A model generated the notes under the pieces. That model was given only the letters and a program-made list of their open reading frames with translations. It was not told where the DNA came from and made no database searches. A program made the position numbers and the translations under genes. DNA of 32,000 bases from Nostoc punctiforme PCC 73102 (GTDB lineage Bacteria; Cyanobacteriota; Cyanobacteriia; Cyanobacteriales; Nostocaceae): contig NC_010628.1 of NCBI RefSeq assembly GCF_000020025.1, forward strand, positions 5,670,001-5,702,000. Direction: 5' to 3'. Within the stretch, counting starts at the first letter, position 1. Each line of letters opens with the position of its first letter. Shown one piece after another: positions 27,277-32,000 of this stretch.

Positions 27277-27685
27277 AACTGCCTCAACAATCTCACTTGT
27301 ATTTAAGTTATCAACTCTGATTCAGAATTCTTTCTACCAGATGGGATAAATGCTAAATCCAAAAGTTAGACAAAAGAGTTTAAATACAAATTAGATGGGA
27401 ATTACAATTTGGCGTTTATAGCATGAAAATGCTCAACGATTTTTCGGCAGCCAAATAATAAATTATTAAATCTCTAATAAGCAATAACGAAGTTGCCGAG
27501 AGTAACATATTTTTCGATTTATTAGAAAGATTGCTAATCTAAATCTTGATATATCTATCTGAAGATATAATTAGATAATCTAACTTTTTAGAGATGTATG
27601 AAAAGCGTTTGTCTATCAAGTTGAGCAATTAATATTTAATAAATTCGATTTTGTACATTTTTATTTAAAAATTAAATGTGATAGT

Positions 27686-27728
27686 GAAAAATTAGAACCT
27701 CAATTTATTTAATAAATCGGGGTTCTAA
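27686..27728 (-). terminator. Rho-independent terminator after hemN
   Basis: Minus strand: ttagaacccc ... gaggttctaa stem (one mismatch), followed by ttttt. It lies 36 nt past the hemN stop. Confidence 0.6.
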
Positions 27729-27763
27729 AGACTGCGAAATTTCACCAGTGATTTGCGGCTGTT

Positions 27764-29146
27764 TTAAATAGCACGAGAGAATTTTGTCTCTCGCATTTTT
27801 GTGTGGGTATCAAAGATAACAGCAATGTTTCTGACTAGTAATCGACCGATGTCTGTAATCTGAATCTGATTTTTTGATAAACTGACCAGACCATCAGCTT
27901 CTAGTGGTTTTAATGCCTCTAGCTCTTCAGAGAAATATTCATCAAAGTTGATTTGATATTTGTTTTCAATATCTTGCTTGTGTAACTGAAAGTGAGACAT
28001 AATACCCATGATTACATCCCTTCTGATAATATCATTTTGACTAAGCTTGACACCTTTGCTAATAGGTAAATTACCCGATGCAATTGTCTGATAATAATAT
28101 TTTAACTCCTTGTGGTTTTGAGCATAAGCATCTTCTAGCATACTGATGGATGTAGAACCAAAGCCAAACAATTCTGTCTCCGCGTGGGTAGTGTAGCCCT
28201 GGAAATTGCGCTTGAGAGTGCCATTGCGTTGAGCGATCGCTAGTTCGTCGTTAGTTTTTGCAAAGTGATCCATCCCAATAAATAAATATTGGTTACTCGT
28301 CAATTCTTCAATAGTCATTTTCAGAATATCTAACTTTTCTTTGGCTGCTGGTAACGCTTCTTGAGGAATATTTTTTTGCGTCGGTTTGAGCCAAGGAACA
28401 TAGGCAAAGTTAAAGACAACAATTCGGTCAGGATCTAATTCAATTGTCTTTTTCACCGTTTCTTGAAATGTCTCGCGGGTTTGATAAGGTAAACCATAAA
28501 TTAGGTCGACATTCACACTTTCAAACTTAGCTTCTTTCACCCAACTCATGACATCAAAGAGCATTTCTTCTGGCTGAACACGATTTACAGCTACTTGAAC
28601 TTGGCTATTAAAATCCTGAATGCCAAAACTAATGCGGTTAAAACCAATCTCTCTTAGAAAGAAAATGTAGTTTTTATCGATATAGCGGGGATTAATCTCA
28701 ATTGAGATTTCTGCTTGTGGATCGATGTTGAAATAGCGATTGATGTTTTTCCATAAAAATTCTACTTGGTGATGATCCAAGTAATTAGGAGTACCGCCTC
28801 CCCAATGGATTTGCAGCACTTTTCTGTCTGGATCGATTAAAGCTGCGGTGTTTTTGATGTCTTGAACCAAAGACTCGACGTAAGGTTTAGCAATATTCTT
28901 GTTGTTGGAGATTACTGTGTTGCAGCCGCAGAAGTAGCAAGCACTTTGGCAAAAGGGGATGTGGAAATACAAAGAAAGAGGAGTTTGGCGTTGATTAGAT
29001 GCTGCGATCGCGGCCTTAAAATCAGTTTCAGTGAATGTTTCGCTTAACTCTGTAGCGGGCGGGTAACTGGTATATCTAGGTGCGCGAGTGTCGTACTTTT
29101 GAATCAGATCCAGATCGAACTTGACACCAGGTAATAAAAAAACCAT
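27764..29146 (-). CDS. hemN: Oxygen-independent coproporphyrinogen III oxidase (radical SAM); start moved to Met-22 of the ORF
   Basis: PRYTSYPPA, the radical-SAM cluster motif CQSACYFCGC, and GGGTPN. The ORF-track N-terminus is a translation of repeat DNA. Confidence 0.9.
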   Translation of the reverse strand: MVFLLPGVKFDLDLIQKYDTRAPRYTSYPPATELSETFTETDFKAAIAASNQRQTPLSLYFHIPFCQSACYFCGCNTVISNNKNIAKPYVESLVQDIKNTAALIDPDRKVLQIHWGGGTPNYLDHHQVEFLWKNINRYFNIDPQAEISIEINPRYIDKNYIFFLREIGFNRISFGIQDFNSQVQVAVNRVQPEEMLFDVMSWVKEAKFESVNVDLIYGLPYQTRETFQETVKKTIELDPDRIVVFNFAYVPWLKPTQKNIPQEALPAAKEKLDILKMTIEELTSNQYLFIGMDHFAKTNDELAIAQRNGTLKRNFQGYTTHAETELFGFGSTSISMLEDAYAQNHKELKYYYQTIASGNLPISKGVKLSQNDIIRRDVIMGIMSHFQLHKQDIENKYQINFDEYFSEELEALKPLEADGLVSLSKNQIQITDIGRLLVRNIAVIFDTHTKMRETKFSRAI

Positions 29147-29216
29147 TGAGTTGCTTTCCAATGAATGTGTGAAGCGAAGGGGAATAGGGAGTAGGGAGCA
29201 GGGGAGCAAGAACTAT

Positions 29217-29300
29217 TGACCAATGACCAATGACCAATGACAAATGACCAATGACAAATGACCAATGACCAATGACAAATGACCAATGACCAATGACAAA
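29217..29300. repeat. STRR-type heptamer array, 12 units (tgaccaa / tgacaaa)
   Basis: Exact 7-nt phasing. The unit pattern is CCCA CA CCA CCA, where C is tgaccaa and A is tgacaaa. On the transcribed (minus) strand the unit is TTGGTCA. The array starts 1 nt after the heme oxygenase stop. Confidence 0.95.
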
Positions 29301-29301
29301 C

Positions 29302-30018
29302 TTAATTAGCCGCACCTATTTCATTGCTACCTGAATTCTGTGAACGAGTTAGACTATTAAACAGGACTTGGCCGAGTGCTTTAATTAGACTTCTCTCTAA
29401 CTCTTGAGCCATCTGCAAATTAAATCCAAAGGCATTATTGGCTTCTGCAACAATTCGTTCTGCTGTTGCATCATCAATAGGTAGCGCGTTTAATACCTGA
29501 CGATACTTATCCTTAAATGCTTTTTTATCAGGAATTTGCTCAAAATTGTAAAAGGACGTGCCTTCATAGCCAGAAAGCTTCAGAGCTGACTGAGCAACTT
29601 TTTGTAGCATTTGGCCTCCAGAAAGATCGCCCATGTAGCGAGTGTAGGCATGACCTAGCAATAAAGCCGGTTCACTAGCAGAAATTTCCCGAATGCGGTC
29701 AATGTACTTTTGAGCAGCAGGTGAGGGTGTAATTTGGCCTCTCCAATTATCCCCATAATAGAACACCATGTCTTTTTCGAGCGAGGATTGGCGATTAAGT
29801 TCAGGAAAGTAAACCGCACTAATTACAGGATGCTTTGCATGGCTATCTAATGCCGCTTCTAGTTCGCTGTAGACGTAATACAAGTTACTTAAGAACTTGG
29901 CAAAGCAGTCTCTATCCACCACTCCTTGTAGAAAACATTTCATAAATCCCACATTTTCTGCTGATGTGTGGGCTTGTTGAGTTCCAGAACGCAGTTTGAT
30001 GGCGAGATTGCTACTCAT
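29302..30018 (-). CDS. Heme oxygenase (ho2-like by synteny with hemN); start at Met-10 of the ORF
   Basis: MSSNLAIKLRSGTQQAHTSAENVGFMKCFLQGVV...LYYVYSELE matches cyanobacterial HO N-termini as I recall them. AAGGAAG lies upstream of ATG 30018. Confidence 0.85.
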   Translation of the reverse strand: MSSNLAIKLRSGTQQAHTSAENVGFMKCFLQGVVDRDCFAKFLSNLYYVYSELEAALDSHAKHPVISAVYFPELNRQSSLEKDMVFYYGDNWRGQITPSPAAQKYIDRIREISASEPALLLGHAYTRYMGDLSGGQMLQKVAQSALKLSGYEGTSFYNFEQIPDKKAFKDKYRQVLNALPIDDATAERIVAEANNAFGFNLQMAQELERSLIKALGQVLFNSLTRSQNSGSNEIGAAN

Positions 30019-30610
30019 TGTTGCTTCCTTCATTTTCAAGCGCAAGGTTTCTGGACAGTCACCGACTTAGGATGCCTGCCAATTCCAGCTAAAAGATTGT
30101 TATTCTAGGTTTAGAGAGGATCTGCATCAGTCTATCCAGCAACTACCACTGCCGATGTAGATCCAGGTATTTTTATTTCTCCTAAGATTATTTAACTATT
30201 AATTCATATATAACTATGAAAGATATTAGTATTTATTTATGTTTTTCTGATACTCATGTTCAGGCACATTTCAGTTGAGTAGTAACAAAACTGATTTTGG
30301 AATAGGCATTTTAACTCTCCTGAAACGATCGGATTCTTTAATACCAGAGTCATTGAAGAGACGAATAACATCGCTAGACGCGTGTTTGTTCTAATTTTGG
30401 ATACAAATCATCCAGAGTTTTGCGGCGATTAAAGCAATATTGCGATCTTAATTTGAGAATAGCAGAGATTAATAAGAGCGATCGCTCAATTCAACCCTCC
30501 AGCTTCTTGTGTTAAAGGTGGGTTATTCGCGATCGCCAGGTATACCTCTATACATGAGCGATCGCTCCGAGCAATATTGATATTTTCTCATCTCAATAAT
30601 CCAAGCAATC

Positions 30611-31030
30611 TCATACTCCTGCAAATCTAATCACCACATGGGCAAGGCTAATCAAAAAATTCAAAACTTTATCTGCCTTAATTGCAGCATCAATATCTCG
30701 TTTGATATTTTGCAGATCGGCAATAATTGTGTTGTGGTCTGGACGGATCAAAACTTGTGTGAACAGAGCTGCTGTCACTGTTCTGAGTGCATCCTGACAT
30801 TGTTCGATAGCTTTAGAGAGGATATCCACAAGTTCCCAATCCTCATCATCTTCTGCTTGCAAAAGTGAAAATTGTAATCGGAAAAGGATATTTCTTAGGC
30901 TTTTTTCTGCTTGTTGAAAAACTTGCGGTTCGATAGGTTTTCCAGGAGACAGATTTGCTATCGACTCAATGCTATCAATAATCTTTTTGATCTGTTCTTT
31001 AATTGTGTTGAGGCTAGTTGGTGTAATCAT
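30611..31030 (-). CDS. Hypothetical all-helical protein (139 aa)
   Basis: AGGAG lies 9 nt upstream of the ATG, and the gene starts 14 nt after the upstream lipoprotein gene. No recognisable motif. Confidence 0.55.
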   Translation of the reverse strand: MITPTSLNTIKEQIKKIIDSIESIANLSPGKPIEPQVFQQAEKSLRNILFRLQFSLLQAEDDEDWELVDILSKAIEQCQDALRTVTAALFTQVLIRPDHNTIIADLQNIKRDIDAAIKADKVLNFLISLAHVVIRFAGV

Positions 31031-31044
31031 TGTAAATTATCTCC

Positions 31045-31989
31045 TTACGATGAACATTCGAGAGGTTGAGAATCAGAAGTTGCAGGAAGGAGATTCTGTC
31101 TTTGTTTGTTTAACATATCGTTCAGGATAGGATCTTCCTGAATTGCTGCTTGAATCTCTCTAGTTCTTACATTTACAGCAGTAATATCTGACCCAAAACT
31201 AGAGGCTATTCCTAAAATTGTGGTAATTTTTGCAACAACTTCATCAAAGCTGACATCGTTGTATTTTTCGATGAGTTGGGAAAGCTTTACTCCTGTATCG
31301 GCTGTCAGCAAAAGTTTAGCTCTAGCTTGGCAAATCATTGTTTTATCTTCTGCATTTATGCTGAGTAGCTCATCTAAAAGTTGCTCACCCTGATTGAATA
31401 TTTGTGTTTTATCTGCTTCAGAAGCCGCATTCTGAAATTGCGTTCTGAGCTTGCTAAACCTAAAAAGAATCACAACTCGGTCTGGGTTTTTCGGTGAGGG
31501 TGGATCTTGAGCAATCAGTTCAGCTAGAAGTAGCATTTTGACAGTTAATCGTCTAGAAGGTTCAGCCGCTCTAGCAACTGCACCGGCTTCAGTGCCTAAT
31601 AATCCTGCTTGTTCAATGTTGTTAAAAGTCTCGCCTGCTACGATATATTCTTGCTTGAGATCGTTGAGAACGTTATTAACAGGATTTGACCGGGTATTTG
31701 TCTGAAGTTGATTTTCAATTATATTCGATATTTGGTCTATATCTGCAAAGTCTATATTGCGATCGCTTAAGAGTCTTTTTATCAGTATTCGCCGCCGTTC
31801 ATCTGTTGAGCGTGGTAGAGGATTGAGTTGATAGATAGTTTTGACAGATTCAATCGCATCACTTGCCTGAGTTTTAAAGTTAAGTGCCGTTAGTCGCAGT
31901 ACTGCCCTCCTCTCTGGACTACAACCGCTTAGAGCGATACTCATTATCAAAAAAAGCAGGAAACTTTTTAATTGAACTGGATTTTTCAT
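31045..31989 (-). CDS. Hypothetical lipoprotein (about 314 aa), predicted helical
   Basis: Signal peptide plus lipobox (FLLFLIMSIALSGC). The ATG at 31989 is preferred over the adjacent TTG at 31992. The upstream region is cut by the window edge. Confidence 0.6.
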   Translation of the reverse strand: MKNPVQLKSFLLFLIMSIALSGCSPERRAVLRLTALNFKTQASDAIESVKTIYQLNPLPRSTDERRRILIKRLLSDRNIDFADIDQISNIIENQLQTNTRSNPVNNVLNDLKQEYIVAGETFNNIEQAGLLGTEAGAVARAAEPSRRLTVKMLLLAELIAQDPPSPKNPDRVVILFRFSKLRTQFQNAASEADKTQIFNQGEQLLDELLSINAEDKTMICQARAKLLLTADTGVKLSQLIEKYNDVSFDEVVAKITTILGIASSFGSDITAVNVRTREIQAAIQEDPILNDMLNKQRQNLLPATSDSQPLECSS

Positions 31990-32000
31990 CAAGTAGTCCT

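Noticed and set aside
29076-29315. ORFs of 79 and 60 aa reading through the heptamer array (VIGHWSF repeats)
   Set aside because: This is an artefact of TTGGTCA repeats lacking stop codons on that strand. The ORFs overlap the hemN start and the ho stop.

Overview
This window looks like a chromosomal segment from a filamentous, Nostoc/Anabaena-type cyanobacterium. I counted at least 34 copies of the HIP1 octamer GCGATCGC by eye. It also has STRR-type heptamer arrays (TGACCAA/TTGGTCA), many short palindromic dispersed repeats, psaK and an SLH-OprB porin. Most of the window is ordinary core genome: a P450, a TetR regulator, a Uma2 nuclease, a 7TM-HD (PgpH-like) phosphohydrolase, an ARH-like protein, aroQ, topA, a porin divergent from znuABC, tRNA-Phe, an NFACT/RqcH-like protein, a GT4 glycosyltransferase, psaK, Mn-catalase, and a heme oxygenase-hemN pair. 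The most unusual locus is a small AT-rich islet at 3600-4800. It carries one roughly 347-codon gene for a PD-(D/E)xK nuclease that resembles HamA/DUF1837-type defence nucleases. The gene is split by a -1 frame change and has no helicase or sensor partner. Other loci worth a second look:
- a translationally coupled pair of unknown function (13013-14465) with a compositionally foreign middle section
- a TetR gene with no canonical start codon that abuts head-to-head an apparently 5'-truncated Rieske-type oxygenase gene
- a candidate 112-nt sRNA between tRNA-Phe and the NFACT gene
- Fur/Zur-like boxes between the porin and znuA
- heptamer arrays that supply or abut start and stop codons
- an uncharacterised lipoprotein plus helical-protein pair cut by the window edge

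All family assignments come from reading motifs by eye. No searches were run.
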